The notes: generated by a model not told the origin, from the letters alone. A DNA stretch of 64,000 nt from Octopus vulgaris (GCA_951406725.2 OX597821.1:7316001-7380000); one strand, 5' to 3'. Positions 40,093 to 53,969 are shown, counted from the stretch's first letter. Program-made: numbers and translations.

Positions 40093-40213
40093 TCTACCTG
40101 TTTTATATATTCTACCTGTTTTATATATTCTACCTGTTTTATATATTCTACCTGTTTTATGTTCTACCTGTTTTATATATTCTACCTGTTTTATATATTC
40201 TACCTGTTTTATG
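40093..40213. repeat. About 7 copies of an 18-bp unit tctacctgttttatatat, amplified inside a P1 MITE
   Basis: The unit occurs once in other P1 copies (e.g. ~29275). Confidence 0.85.
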
Positions 40214-43200
40214 TTCAAACTGGCAGAATGCAGCCTCTCACACCTTTCCTGTAACATCATTCTAAAAGCAAACAATCACATCATTGAAATCTCAAAGCTT
40301 CGGGATAATATCTCATTAATTCAAAATGTTGCGTTGTGGTGAAATCCTGACACCCCTGTGGAATAGCAAGTCAACTGTTTTAAACCATATCAGATCAACT
40401 CGCAATTTAGGACACTAAATGAGAACATTAAATAAACTATATCACATTATCTCAGTGTCCTATTTATAGGACACCGAGTATTTCCATTTCTACTTGAAGT
40501 AAAGGAGTTCTAATTTTTTTTTTTTTTTCATTTTAACCTATTTTCAATCCTCTGTAAAAATTTAAAAGTAATATTCAGAAATTTAAGTACTCTGGGACTT
40601 AATGGGTTAATGTATCAGTGGCCGAGTACTCCACAGACATGTGTACACTTAGTCTAGTTCTCAGGGAGATTTTGCATGACACAGAATCTGACAAGGCTAG
40701 TCCTTTGAATTACAGGTTTCACTCATTTTTACCAGTAGAGTGGACTGGAACAACATGAAATAAAGTGTCTTGCTCAAGGACACAACACACCACCAGGAAT
40801 TGAACTCATGACTTTATGATTGAGAGCTGAATACCCTAACCACTAAGCCATGCAGCTTTTACTGATGTTAAGACAGACACACTCACACGATGGGCTTCTT
40901 TTCAGTTTCCGTCTATCAGATCAACTCGCAATGCTTTGTTTTACACGTAGATACTTGCCCAAGACGCAATGCAGTGGGATTGAACCCAAGACCATATGGT
41001 CTGGAAGCAAGCTGCACCTGCACCTATAACTGCTATGGGGGTTTTAAATGGAGTGAAGAGAAATGCTTGATTGAATGCTCAATCTTGGCCCCAGGGGAGG
41101 TGTAGGCAAAATGAATTATTATAAAAACTGAAATTAGAACTTAGCTTCCAAGCCATTCTTGCAGTGCTAATTATTTGTTAATTATTGCTATAGAATTAGA
41201 AAATTTCTCAAACATTTATTTTATGTATGTTGTGTAACGTGTAATGAAATGTTTTATTTTTTAGAAAAAAAAAAAAAAAAGATCAGTTTTTTTTGTAGAA
41301 TTGCTCTCTTTGGGAATTTATTATTGAAATATAGAAATAATTCCATTAATAAAGCAGCCATAATTTGAAAGGATAATACCATTTCCATGCCTACCACTTG
41401 AGGCAGCTATTATGTGGTTGTTGAATTTGCTAGAAATAGCAGTGAAATTTCAAATAACAGCACTTCACAGTATATTAGACAGTCGTTGTCATCATCGTCA
41501 TCATCATTTTAATGTTTGCTTTCCTGTGCTTGTATGGGTCAGACAGATGTTATTGAGGCACAGTTTTTGCGGCTTGATGCCCTTACTGTTGCCAATCTTT
41601 CCCTGTTTCTAAGCAAAAACATATTTCACCATGGTCAAGTATGTTTTCGTAGAATTGCAGAATATTGCATTCATTTATAACCATCAAGTGACATCTAGAT
41701 AATAAACCATCCATAATCAAGTAATGTCTAGATAATAAAACCCGCACACACACACACACACACACACACACTGATTAAAATCCTTTCTAATTTAGCGACA
41801 AGGCTTGAAGTTTAGCAAGTGGGAGTAATTAATGACATCAGTAGTATTTGACTGGACCCTGAAAGGAAGAAAAACAAAGTCAACCTCAATGGAATTTGAA
41901 CTTAAAATGTAAAGAATCAACAGAAATAATAGCAGGGCCACAATGATTCTGCACCATGTCCTGTGTTGTTTGAAGGACAAACTATTAGTATAAGTAGTTT
42001 TCAATTTTAAATAGAATTGAAAATAATCAGTAGTAATTTTTTGAAAAAATACATTTAAAAATAAGCCAAAAAAACAAGTAAAAAATGAAATGGTAGTTCT
42101 TCAGTATTTTGATACAAAAATTATGTATCTTTGGCGGTGTTTCTGAGACTTCATGTTTCTTGATTCAAAGATTATATTTCCAGCATTAAATACTTACAAA
42201 CTATTCCATAAACCCTCAACAGAAGAGAACAAAATATCATTTGCTTGTCAGTTGTAATCAACATTTTCCTAATGTTGTTTACTAATTAAATTAACAAGCT
42301 AAACCATGTTATTTATTATATCAAAACAATATAGTTAAATGCTGAACAGGCCATTAACGAGAAAGCTAAACTTGGTTGGCTTTTTTTTAGATTCTCAGCC
42401 AGTTCCATCTAACTTTTGACTTCTTTTAAAATTTTTTTCAGTCTTTGGACTGTGGCCATCCTGGAGGTGCCACCTTGAAAGGTTTTAGTCAAGCAAAATC
42501 AACTGTAGTACCTATTTTTTAAAGCCTGGTACTTATTCTTTTAAACACTTTTTGCTGAACCACTAAGTTACAAGGATGTAAACAACCCAACACTGGTCCA
42601 GCAGTCATAGGGACAAACACAAGCACAAATACACACATAGATATATATATACTTACATGCACACACACACACACACACACAAATGCATATATGACAGGCT
42701 TCTTCTAGTTTACATCCATCCAAGGTACTCACAAGGCTTTAGTCAGCCCAGGGTTACTGTAGATGCTACTTGTTCAAGGTGCCACACAGTGGGACTGAAC
42801 CCTGATTCATGTGGCTGAGAAGCAAGCTTCCTACCACATACCCATGCCTGTACCTATCTGCCCTTTTTTCCTTGAATTCTTTACAATCTAAATAACTGTA
42901 TAATACCCTCACCACAACTGATTGTTGATGGAATTACTGCATGCATCAGGTTGCTAAGTTTTCTCTCTGAGCATAACTAAATCTCTGATTTATCAAGGTC
43001 TTCTCTATTCAGCTTGTAGATCAGTTACTTTGATATCTATCACATTTCTTTCTCTTTTTATTATAAGAATTTTTTTCCACAATGCTGGCATGGCTACGTG
43101 GTAAGCATTTTGCTTCCCAACCACGTGGTTTTAGGTTCAGTACCACTGCATGGCATCTTGGACAAGTGTCTTCTATAACAGCCCCAGCTTCTGGTTGACA

Positions 43201-43719
43201 GAAACTGAAAGGGGACCAGTGTATACTTATGTATGTGTGTGTGTGTGTATAAATATGCATCTGTATGTGTGTTTGTGTCTGTCTCTTGCTCTATTGTTGT
43301 TGGTTTGTGTACCTTCCCATAACTTAGCTGTTCACCAAAACAGATCGATAAAATAAGTATCAGACTTTGAAAAAAAAGTTCTATGGCCAATTCATTTCAC
43401 TAAAACTTTTCAAGGCAGTACCACAGCTTACCCCCTGTTTGAGCAAGTAAAAGATAAAAAAAAATAATGCCTTCAGTCAACCATGACCAAGATGCATTTC
43501 ACCATACTCTGCCAGCAATCTCTGCCTCTCCCCATATTATCTTCAGTAGGTCCCCAATTTCAGGTTGCATATGTCTACCAGATAACATTACTGTAGTTAA
43601 GTGGTGTCCTCTCCTATGTCAGGGCACTAAAGTTTTCAAAATATAACAAGTCTAATAAAACTCATTTCTTAACTGTGACCAGTAAAATTTACTCAGCATT
43701 GAGCAACAATGGTAAAGTG

Positions 43720-44072
43720 CAGTTCTATATTTAAGAGATGAGGAATTGTGTACATTATTTACATTATTTACATTCAACGGATATATGTCCTCAACTTGTT
43801 TGTTGTTAACACAACATTTCAGCTGATATACCCTCCAGCCTTCATCAGGTGTCTTGGGGAACTTTCGAACCTGGGTTCTCATTCCTTAGGTATAATAATA
43901 ATAGTAATAATAACTATAATAATAACATTGAAAAATACCTTAAAAATGAGAGCTCAGGTTTGAAATTTCCCCAAGATGAAGGCTGGCGGGTATATCAGCC
44001 GAAACGCTGTGTTAACAACAAACACGATGAGGACAAATATCCGTCAAATGTAAATAATGTAAATAATGTAAA
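43720..44072. mobile_element. Second, inverted-pair copy of the HHR-SINE family
   Basis: Minus-strand HHR at 43809-43852: acac-CTGATGA-a-ggctg...cagct-GAAA-tg-TT-gtgt; the plus arm has a 7-bp deletion removing CT of the core. Confidence 0.8.
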
Positions 44073-45635
44073 TGGTAAACTGGGTGGACTGTGCCCATAA
44101 ATGCCTTCATTAGTCTTGTACTCACATCGCAAGATGGTTTTGAGCTCTCATGAGAAGCAGAAATTACATACCACCAAGGGGCTCTTGCAACCCTTTTTTT
44201 CACAGTCTTGTTTTCAGCCCTGAATGGATGAATGCTCCCTATAAATGTCCCTAAGATCATCCTTGTTAACTTGGAAGTACTTGATTGTTAGATGAGGATT
44301 TGATAACTAAGCAATGTCAATGAGAAATGAAAGACCTAAGCTATAACAATCGCCTATTTTTAAGCATTTGCTTATCCATCTACGCATTTGTGTATGTCTC
44401 CCCACTACAGCTTGACAACCATCATTGGTTTGTTTATGTCCATGTGATCTAGCGGTTCAGCAAAAAGAGACTGATAGAATAAGTAGAAGGCTTAAGGAAA
44501 AAAAAATATGTTCTGGGATCAATTTGTTGAATCAAACTCACCATAGATGTAAAAGACTGCCTTTGTTCATGAACGACCATGGGATTTCACCTAGAAAGTT
44601 CTCCTCTGAGGCACAAGTCCAGACAAGGGTGTTTATGGAAGACCAGCATTCGCCCATGCATACCAGCCTCCCCTCTTCATGCCACTGATGTTATCCAAAG
44701 GAAAGGCAAAGGCCGATACAGCTTGGCACCAGAGATGTTGCAACTCATTTCTACAGCTGAGTGAACTGAAGCTATGTGGAATAAAGTGTCTTGCTCAAGA
44801 ACACAACACAAAGCCCTGTCTGGGAATCGAACTCACTATCTTATGATTGTGAGCCCAACACTCAAACCACTGAACCATGCACCTTCTCCTCATATATATA
44901 TGTGTGTGTGTGTGTCTGTGTTTGTCCTTAACCACCACATGACGACTGGTGTTGGTTTGTTAACATCCCATAACTTAACAGTTCAGCAAAAAGCGACCAT
45001 TAGAATAAGTTCCAGGCTTGAAAAAAAAAAAAAAATTTAATTTCTAGGGGTTCAGCCAGTCAACTAAAGATCCTTCAAGGCAGTGCCCCAGCATGACCAC
45101 GGTCTAAAGACTGAAAGAAGTAAAAAGACAAAAGGCAAAGAAGCTAACCAAATGATTGTGTTAAGAAATGAAAGCCATAATCGCTGATAACGACCTGATC
45201 TATAATAACCTCCAGAAAACCATTTACCTGTTCAGTCTCAATAAGAACCAAGTGACAGAGATGAGAAATGGAAGCAGTAATCTTTGATAATAGCTTTTTC
45301 GGTAATAATCGACTTTTAAGCTTTTACTTAGTCATTTTCACTCATTCAACATAAACCAAGTTATTTTCGTACATTCCCCACTATTGTTGGCTTCATTTTT
45401 ATTGCCACCCACACACATCCTAGAATTGAAAGATCGCTTATTCAGTCGTGAAAGAGCTGACATATGATCAAAGGCATTCCAGCTGTGGCCAGCTAGTCTT
45501 GTTTCTTGGAATTTCTTTAACTAAGACTACATTATCCAATGTGTCTGTTATATTAAGGTAGTAAAAAGAAAAGTTCAGCGAGGCGTCGCTCTTGAGCAAG
45601 TAAGGTTTTGTGGCATATACTCCACTCACAGTACA

Positions 45636-46370
45636 GCCTGGTTAGCTCTGTCAAAGATGGACACCATTTGGAAATTAGATCTTAACAGAGAGCTTAACCC
45701 TTTCGTTACTAACCCAGCTGAAACCGGCTCTGGCTCTGAGTACAAATGTCTGGTTTTCATAAGTTCTGAATTAAAATCTTCCACCAAATCTTAGTCACAA
45801 TTAATGTTCCTAACACTAGCTTAATGATAACGAAGTTATTTTACTAAATTCTTTGTTATATTTAAAATAATTGAGAGAAAAACAGAGCATCTCAAAATAA
45901 ATACAGTAATGAAAGGGTTAAGATTAACTTTTTTGGGGCAACAAAAACTGTGCTCTTATACATCTGCACAATATGGATTTTAGCAAAGGCACTGGAAAGA
46001 AAAGTAGATGGAATATGCACAAGACTTTTGAGAGCAGCACTGAGCATCAAATTTTGGCAGTCCCATATGATAAACCAGGTTCTTTATGGTAATCTTCTAA
46101 GAGTTACTTCTGCTATAAAGAAACAGACTGAGATTCTGCAGACACTACTTTTGTAACAAGTATGAAGTAGTCTGTCAAATATTGATGTGAGAAACAACAC
46201 ATGGAAAATGATTTGATGGTTGTCCTGCTAGGACATTTATCAAGTAACTGGTTAAAGACCCTGGCTTACTGAAGAGTGACCTATGAAGAGCAATGCAGAC
46301 AAGGGAGGGAATTCTGGAGACTGGTGCTTGATAGTGTTTATCTGCAGATGACAATGATGATGATGATGAT
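45636..46370 (+). mobile_element. RTE-clade LINE 3' fragment with (GAT)n tail, split by a P2 MITE (45698-45917)
   Basis: The joined frame AWLALSKMDTIWKLDLNRELKINFFGATKTVLLYICTIW...VDGICTRLLRAAL...WQSHMINQVLYGNL matches the RTE ORF C-terminus (VLLYGCETW...TRMLRAAL...LYGNL). Confidence 0.85.
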
Positions 46371-46772
46371 AAAAGTGACTGCTGCAACTAAACATCTAAA
46401 ATATTTTCTATGTAGCTATGAGCAGACATTGACCCTCTCTGTTGCCATTGACCCAGAGGAACAACCAGGATGAGATAGCTGGAGGGAGAGAGCCTACACA
46501 GACACTCAGCTGTTGTTTGTTATTGCATCTTTATGATCACGAACCAAACAATCTAACCATTAAGTCAAGTGCCTGTGTTTGAAAATAGTGAAACACTGTC
46601 AGCTATTTTTATCCTGTCAACTGATTGCATAGAGGTGCCTTCATTTGCTCCTGAAAAATAATTGTGGTTATTTAGTCTCAAATCAGCTTTGATCAAGCAA
46701 ACTTATGAACATATTCCAGCTATGACCATTCCTCCTTTTGGATAGTGTACTTGTGAGAACATTACTATTTCC

Positions 46773-46991
46773 TAAAGTGGCAGGCTGGTAGAAACATTAG
46801 CTCGTCGGTTGAAATGCTTAGTGGTATTTTCTGTTTTTACATTCTCAGTTCAAATTCCGCCGAGGTCGACTTTGCTTTTCATCATTTTAGGGTCAATAAA
46901 GTGAGTACCAGTTGTGTACTGAGGTCGATCTAATTGACTGGCCCCTTCCTGCCAAATTTCAGGCCTTGTGCTTTGAAGAGAAAAGATTATC
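46773..46991 (+). mobile_element. Family B SINE with a 10-bp TSD
   Basis: tactatttcc at 46763-46772 and 46992-47001. Confidence 0.85.
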
Positions 46992-47641
46992 TACTATTTC
47001 CATTTTATTTTTTTCAATACTGGCAGATGGAGTAGGTCGTAGGAGAGTTGACTGCCATTTCTAACAGATCAAGTGACCTGGTTCCCTCCTTGGTTAATCG
47101 AGGATAAGATGCAGTGCAGCTACTCAATTTTATATTTATTCTTTTTATTGTTTACTTGTTCCAGTGTGAAGGTATGTGGTTTAGTGGTTAGGGTATTCCG
47201 CTCACAATCATAAGTTGTGGGTTCAATTCCCGGTGATGCATTGTGTCCTTGAGCAAGACACTTTTCACGTTGCTCCAGTCCACTCAGCTGGCAAAAATGG
47301 GTAGCACCTGTATTTCAAAGGGCTGGCGTTGTCACACTCTGTGTCATGCTGACTCTCTCTGAGAACTGCGTTAATGGTATACGTGCCTGTGGAGTGCTCA
47401 GCCACTTGCATGTTAACTGCACGAGCAAGCTGTTCCGTTGATCGGATCAACTGGAACACAGTGCCAGTGACTTGTTTCAGTCAATGGACTGTAGCCATGC
47501 TCAAATACTACTTGGAAGGATTTATTCAAACAAATCGACAACAGTACTTGTTTTTCGGTCAGGTTTCTCGACTAGCAGTTTCTTTCACTAAACAAAGGTA
47601 CAGGGATGTAAACAAACCAACACAGATGACAACCAGTCTTT

Positions 47642-47681
<40 letters not shown>

Positions 47682-48256
47682 GGTTTCTGCACAGTTTCCA
47701 CCTATCAAATTCACTCACAAAGCATTGTTTGGCACGGGGCTATAGTAGAAGATACCTACCCAAGGTGCCACACATTTGAATTGAACCTGAAACCACATGG
47801 TTGCAAAGCAGGCTCCTTAACCATACAGTCATGCCTTCACTTATTTGTGGACCTCTTTTTCTTGTTCCAAGTATGTGGTGTCATAGAAATTTCACTGCTA
47901 TATCTAGCAGATTTTGTGAACCCATAGAAGATGCCTTATTGGCTTGATATGCACAGTATAATCACTGACGGTGGATTGTTGATGTTATTGCTGTTTAACC
48001 CTAAGTCAAGCACAACTGAACACTGCCCTGAGGTTCTGCAAAGTGGGACTGAACTTGAAACTATGTGGTTGTAAAGTGAGCTTCTTTATCCCACAGCCAT
48101 GCCTGCCCCCTATGCATACTGCTATGGCTGTGCCTATATTCAACATGTCTGAAACAACACAGAACTTCAGTCACCAAGGGATCAGCAAGTACATACAGTC
48201 ATAAATTCGAGTTTGCATCAGTTGAAATTCCCAAAAGAAAAAAAAATTGTATCTTG

Positions 48257-48649
48257 TTAAGAGACTGAGGGCCAACTTTTCCTTTTGTCCTTTTGGGGTT
48301 GATAAAATAGGTTCCAGTTGAACACGGGGGTCAATGTTATTGACTTAACTATGCCTGGGTAAGAGCATAAAAACTGTACCTCTGTGCCAAGCCATGTGTG
48401 AATTCTTACATGCTTTTTCAAGGAGCAGTTGGCTGAGAAACCTCTACCACATACTTGGCAGTGGTAAGGTCGATCGTCCGTATGTGTCCTGATGTGCAAA
48501 ACTAGAGTATTCTTCTGAGAAAATGTCTTTTCACAAATATCACAGACATGGGTCCTTTTCACAGAGGATACTTTGGTTGATTTTAAGAACTGAGTTTCCA
48601 ATGAAGGATCTGCTTTGAAAATAATTTGTAATTCTGGTGGATCCTCCAT
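48257..48649 (-). CDS. Short or truncated C2H2 zinc-finger ORF (2 fingers) with a SINE-derived C-terminus; possibly a pseudogene or retrocopy
   Basis: CDICEKTFSQKNTLVLHIRTH-TDDRPY-HCQVCGRGFSANCSLKKHVRIH-T; ATG in good context (gccaagATGG); after ~48392 the sequence resembles a family B SINE tail. Confidence 0.7.
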   Translation of the reverse strand: MEDPPELQIIFKADPSLETQFLKSTKVSSVKRTHVCDICEKTFSQKNTLVLHIRTHTDDRPYHCQVCGRGFSANCSLKKHVRIHTWLGTEVQFLCSYPGIVKSITLTPVFNWNLFYQPQKDKRKSWPSVS

Positions 48650-49038
48650 CTTGGCTATTCACTTTCCAGTCCTTATTCCATGCTTAAATTCAGTTAAGAT
48701 TACAAGTACTAATCTACATGATCGTAGGCGAAACGTACAAAAATCCACAACTTAAGTCAGTCATTTTCCGCAACAGTTTCCTTCCTGTTGTTTCTTCAAA
48801 CCATCAGACTCATCAAACCAGACTGTGGTTGGTCAAGAGAATATGCTGAAGCCTTCATAGTGCAGTGGATAGAATGTAAGCAGCCCAATCCAATCCAGAA
48901 GAAACTAGCATCAAAACTTATTACATAAACCTAATTTCTTCAGTTCTACACAAACCAAATATTCTGTTATTAAGCGTTACTCTGTTCCACTTTTGGCTGC
49001 AGGATTACTGTTGTCACAATTGTTTTTTGGTTTTTTTC

Positions 49039-49194
49039 GGAGTGGCTGTGTGGTAAGTAGCTTGTTTACCAACCACATGGTTCCGGGTTCAGTCCCACTG
49101 CGTGGCACCTTGGGCAAGTGTCTTCTACTATAGCCTCGGGCCGACCAAAGCCTTGTGAGTGGATTTGGTAGACGGAAACTGAAAGAAGCCCGTC

Positions 49195-49238
<44 letters not shown>

Positions 49239-49434
49239 CTGTGTTTGTCCCTCTAGCATCACTTGACAACCGATGCTGGTGTGTTTACGTCCCCGTTACT
49301 TAGCGGTTCGGCCAAAGAGACCGATAGAGTAAGTACTGGGCTTACAAAGAATAAGTCCCGGGGTCGAGTTGCTCAACTAAAGTCGGTGCTCCAGCATGGC
49401 CGCAGTCAACTGACTGAAACAAGTAAAAGAGTAA
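49039..49434 (+). mobile_element. Family A SINE (well preserved)
   Basis: A-box tggctgtgtgg, B-box ggttcagtccc, internal (TA)n, tail. Confidence 0.9.
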
Positions 49435-52400
49435 TATAAACTATCTTAGATACCCTTGTTATTACATCTAATTAAGCAGATCCACATTTCTGACTCCTTT
49501 CTCTGCTTCATGCTGCTTTTACCAATGACAACAGCTTAAATAGTATTATCTGCTGATGCTCCATTTATTTCCTATATAGGGCAATACATTTCTAAATTGA
49601 TAATTAGTACAATAATTACTTTGATTATTTTATCCTTGAACACAACAGAGAGGTCCAAACCGACAAGGGAGGTCTTTAGATGAACTGCTAGAAAAAGCAG
49701 CCAAATCTCTCTCTTATTCACAATGCACACTGCATCAATAAAATTCTAGTAATTATTGCCGAGCTTTCGACCTTGAGCTGTTATGTAAATGAGCTGGGTC
49801 AATCACAAATTTTGCTTACATTTTAATATGTAGTCTTCCTCTACTATTGTTGGTAATTTGGCAAAGAAAGACAAGTGAATCTTCACAAATTACTTATCTT
49901 TTACTTGTTTCAGTCACTCGACCGCAGCCATACTGGGGCACCACCTTGAAGGGTTACATATATGTATATATAGGTGCAGATGTGGCTGTGTGGTAAGAAG
50001 CTTGCTTCCCAACCACATGGCTCCATGTTCTGTCCCATTGTGTGACTCCTTGGGCAAGTGTCTTTCACTGTAACTTCGGGCCAACCAAAGCTTTGTGAGT
50101 GGATTTGGTAGACAGAAACTGGAAGAAGACTGTCATAGATATATGTGTGTATCTTTGTATCTTCACAGCTGATGTTGGTATGTTTACATCCACATACCTT
50201 AGCAGTTCAGCAAAAGTGACTGATTGAACAAGGCTTAAGAAATGTCCTGGGGTCAATTTGTTCGACTAAACCACTTCAAGGCAATGCTCCTGTATGGCCG
50301 CAGTTAAAATGACAAACAAGTAAAAGAAAAAAGGATATATATATACACACACACACACAATGGGCTTCTTTCAGTTTCCGTCTGCCAGATCCACTTACAT
50401 GGCTTTATTTGACCTGAGGTTATAGTAGAAAACATTTGCCCAAGATGCCATGCAGTGGGACTGAACCATGTGGTTGGTAAGCAAGCTTCTTACCATACCT
50501 TTACACCTTTGACTATATTCATAGCTTTTTCTACTTAGCGTTCATCCATTGATAATGAATTATTTCATGCTCTCTCAGACTTTCTAAATTCTTATGATGT
50601 AACAATTAAAATAATTTTAACTGACTTTGTCATTATTAAGCCAGAGTTTGGAAGAGAAACAGAAAAATTTTTTTAGAAAAATGTTTTACCAAATTCCTTC
50701 AAATTCTTGAATATATTAGAAAAAAAGAAAAATAATTGAAAAAAGTGTGTTTCATTAGAAGCCTACTAATGAAAAGTTAATATATCTACAGCCACATAGC
50801 TATATCTGTCTTTTGGTACATCAGTTAGCACTTAGATACCGCAATCTTCATTCCTTTTAGCACAGTCAGTCTTTGATGTTGATTTCCGCTAAAAAACGGA
50901 CTCTATCTACCTTGCTTTGTCTTGATTTCATCTTCTCCAAATGTGTTGCCATACAGTTAATTACTTCTGACATATGCTTTATATAATTGGCTCTTTGAAA
51001 TGGGGAGCGAGAGAAGAGGAATGTGTGTCTACATTACCAAAAGAAGTAAGAGTCCTTTAGACATCCCTTGAGAATATTAATTAACTTGATACAAGAATAT
51101 ATATTTAGCATGCCACTCAAGTTTCATATTTGTAATTCCCTGAGAAATTTTTTATATCATAAACACCATAATGTTGCTCCATGTCTACACGGGTCAAATG
51201 AAATTTATTGAGGCAGATTTTCTAAGAGGCTAGTTGTCCTCCCTGTCACCAACGTCTGCCTAGTCAAAGCAAGATGATATTATGACTTGTCCTTGAGATA
51301 GAAATGACACAGTAGCCAGATGGCCAGACATGTTTTCACAGAAGATTGTGAATGAACAAGAACACTTGTATGATAGCAAAGTTTCTTTTATACACAATCA
51401 TTTGATGTCAAGACAAAACATGCATACACTCTGCATGTGTGTGTATTCAACAGGCATATTTCAGTTTTTCTCTGCTAGATCTACTCAGAAACCTTGGTTG
51501 GCTTAGGGTTATAGTAGAAGACACTTGGCCAAGGTGCCACACATTGGGACTGCAAAATGGATTTCTTAACCATGCAGCCATTTTTACAGCTATATATATA
51601 TATATTATCCAAAGTGTACAATATTATATATCTGTAACAACTGATCTTACCTAGCGGTTTCACATTAGGTAGTCAATGGAGTGTTAGGTAACAATCCAAT
51701 TTTGTAACCCTGCACCCATCAGAGGTAGCCATTTACAAGTGCATTTTTTCTTGACTTATGGACTCTTAAACAACTTACACACACATAATCAATTCAAATA
51801 AACAAACAATTAAATTAACAATAAAGAGTGCACAAGGAATGTATTAGTTTGACACCAAAAAGAGAAAGTTTTTGACGTTTTGACCATAATTTTTTGTTAG
51901 AAAGGAAAAAAGGAAAAATCCAAAAAAGGAAAGAAAAAAAAATTACCAACAGCACGTGTGTAATCCCTCTAAATACTCAAAGGGCTGTATATTGCATCTT
52001 GAATCTCATTTAGCTGCAGTAAAGCAAATGCCCACTCGCTCTCTTACTCAGCTTCCTTGTTGGTTGATATCTGTAATAAATCATCTGATGACAATAACCA
52101 GATTTACAAATGAAAACCATTTCAAACTTGACATCAACGACCATTATTCTTGCTAACATGATTTTGGCAATAAGTGTATGAGAGGAATTATGTAACACAT
52201 CATACAGCATTTGAATGAATTAGTTCAAAATAAATGTGCTTAAAAAAAAAAAGCAGTTAGACTTGCTTTAAAATAACATATTTGATGTTAATACAAACAC
52301 TTCAAAATGAGAAATTTTTGAATTGTAGAATGAAATGCCAGTCTTAGATGGGTTAGTATCAAAAAAAAGGAATTGACAGACACATGATATTCTGAAACAG

Positions 52401-52975
52401 TGACGACATTTGCAGTATTATGTTTCCAAAATTCTAATTCTTTCAACTTGGACCACATCCATTCATGTTTCAACTTTCTCATGATACTTTAAATGAGTGA
52501 AATTATCATTAATTAGTTCAAAACTTAATCTTATAAGTCATTCAGAATTATTAGCTAAATATTATTTTAGATTAGTCTAAATTTCATGAAAAAAAAAAAT
52601 TTCTGTTTCTATTATGCCAAAATTCTGGCTTAATTCTCTCTCTTTTTTTTCTCTTTATTAAATACATTCCAGATATAATTAAATCATTTTACATTTTATT
52701 TTGATTGTCAGAATAAAGTGAACAGTTCTTCATTTTTCTCACAGCTTTGATGCTGTTTTATCATTTTATATATATAAAAGCACCCACTACAGTCTCAGAG
52801 TGGTTGGAGTTAGGATGGGCATCCAGCTGTAGAAACTCTGCCAGATCAAGATTGGAGCCTGGTGCAGCCATCTAGTTTGCCAATCCTCAGTCAAATCGTC
52901 CAATCCATGCTAGCATGGAAAGCGGACATTGAATGATGATGATATATGTATATATATATATATATATACACACAA

Positions 52976-53250
52976 TTTATAAACAAGGGCAAAAGAAAAA
53001 ATTTCTAATGCCAAATATGCCGAAACTAGACATATCATCCATAACCATATGATTCATCACTATAAGCATGTATCTCAAAGAAAGCCGACAGAAATTTCTA
53101 AAAAATTCCGTTATTACCATATTTTTTAGAAATTTCTGTCCGTTTTCTTCGAGATACATGCTTATAGTGATGAATTATATGGTTATGGACGATGTGTCTA
53201 GTTTCGGCATATTTGGCATTAGAAATTTTTTTCTTTTGCCCTTGTTTATA
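52976..53250. repeat. ~275-bp near-perfect palindrome adjacent to (TA)n
   Basis: ~130-bp arms are reverse complements around ccgttattacc. Confidence 0.9.
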
Positions 53251-53332
53251 AGTTGTTTATAAATTTAACCTTTAAAGGTATTTTTAATATGCTGGCCATT
53301 GATAAAATTTTTTTCGAAAGATTTTTCCTATA

Positions 53333-53729
53333 CTAGCAGTATTGCTCGGCGTTGCTCGGGTTTGTAAGGGAAATAACTATATAAGCATTTTTAGAGAGTT
53401 ATAGCCAAAAAATAGCAAAAAAATGCATTAAAAATGGGGAAAAAATGATGGTATTTTTTTTTTTAATCGTTGACCCATCGTAGACATTTTTAGAGAGTTA
53501 CTTCCCTTATATAATAACGAAAAAATGCATTAAAATGGAAAAAAATTATGGTAATTTTTTTTTTAAATCGTAGATTCATTGTAGACACGCGCTAATACCT
53601 AGAAGGGCTCGATATGAATCACGACTATAAGATACCCGGTTTTGGTTAAACTGCACCGCTAAATGTGGGAGTAGTTAGGAATCTAAATCGTAGGAGACAG
53701 ACACACAACTTGACTTTTATATATAAAGA
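53333..53729 (-). mobile_element. Non-autonomous Helitron
   Basis: Minus strand starts TC (a|tctttatatataaaag) and ends CTAG|t, with a subterminal GC hairpin cccgagcaacgccgag; A/T insertion site; internal ~100-bp tandem duplication. Confidence 0.8.
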
Positions 53730-53921
53730 TTATATATATATATATTAATAGTGAAATAGCTTCAAAGCTGTGTGTCTTGGGCAATTACAGTCCCTGTCAG
53801 TACAGATGTATACAATTATGTGCTTTAACTGCAGCATTAGAGCTTTTTAGCTCTTATTTCTAGCAATATAGGTGTTCTAACACCCTAGTCATATTTAAAA
53901 TATGGCACATGGCTGTCTACA

Positions 53922-53969
<48 letters not shown>

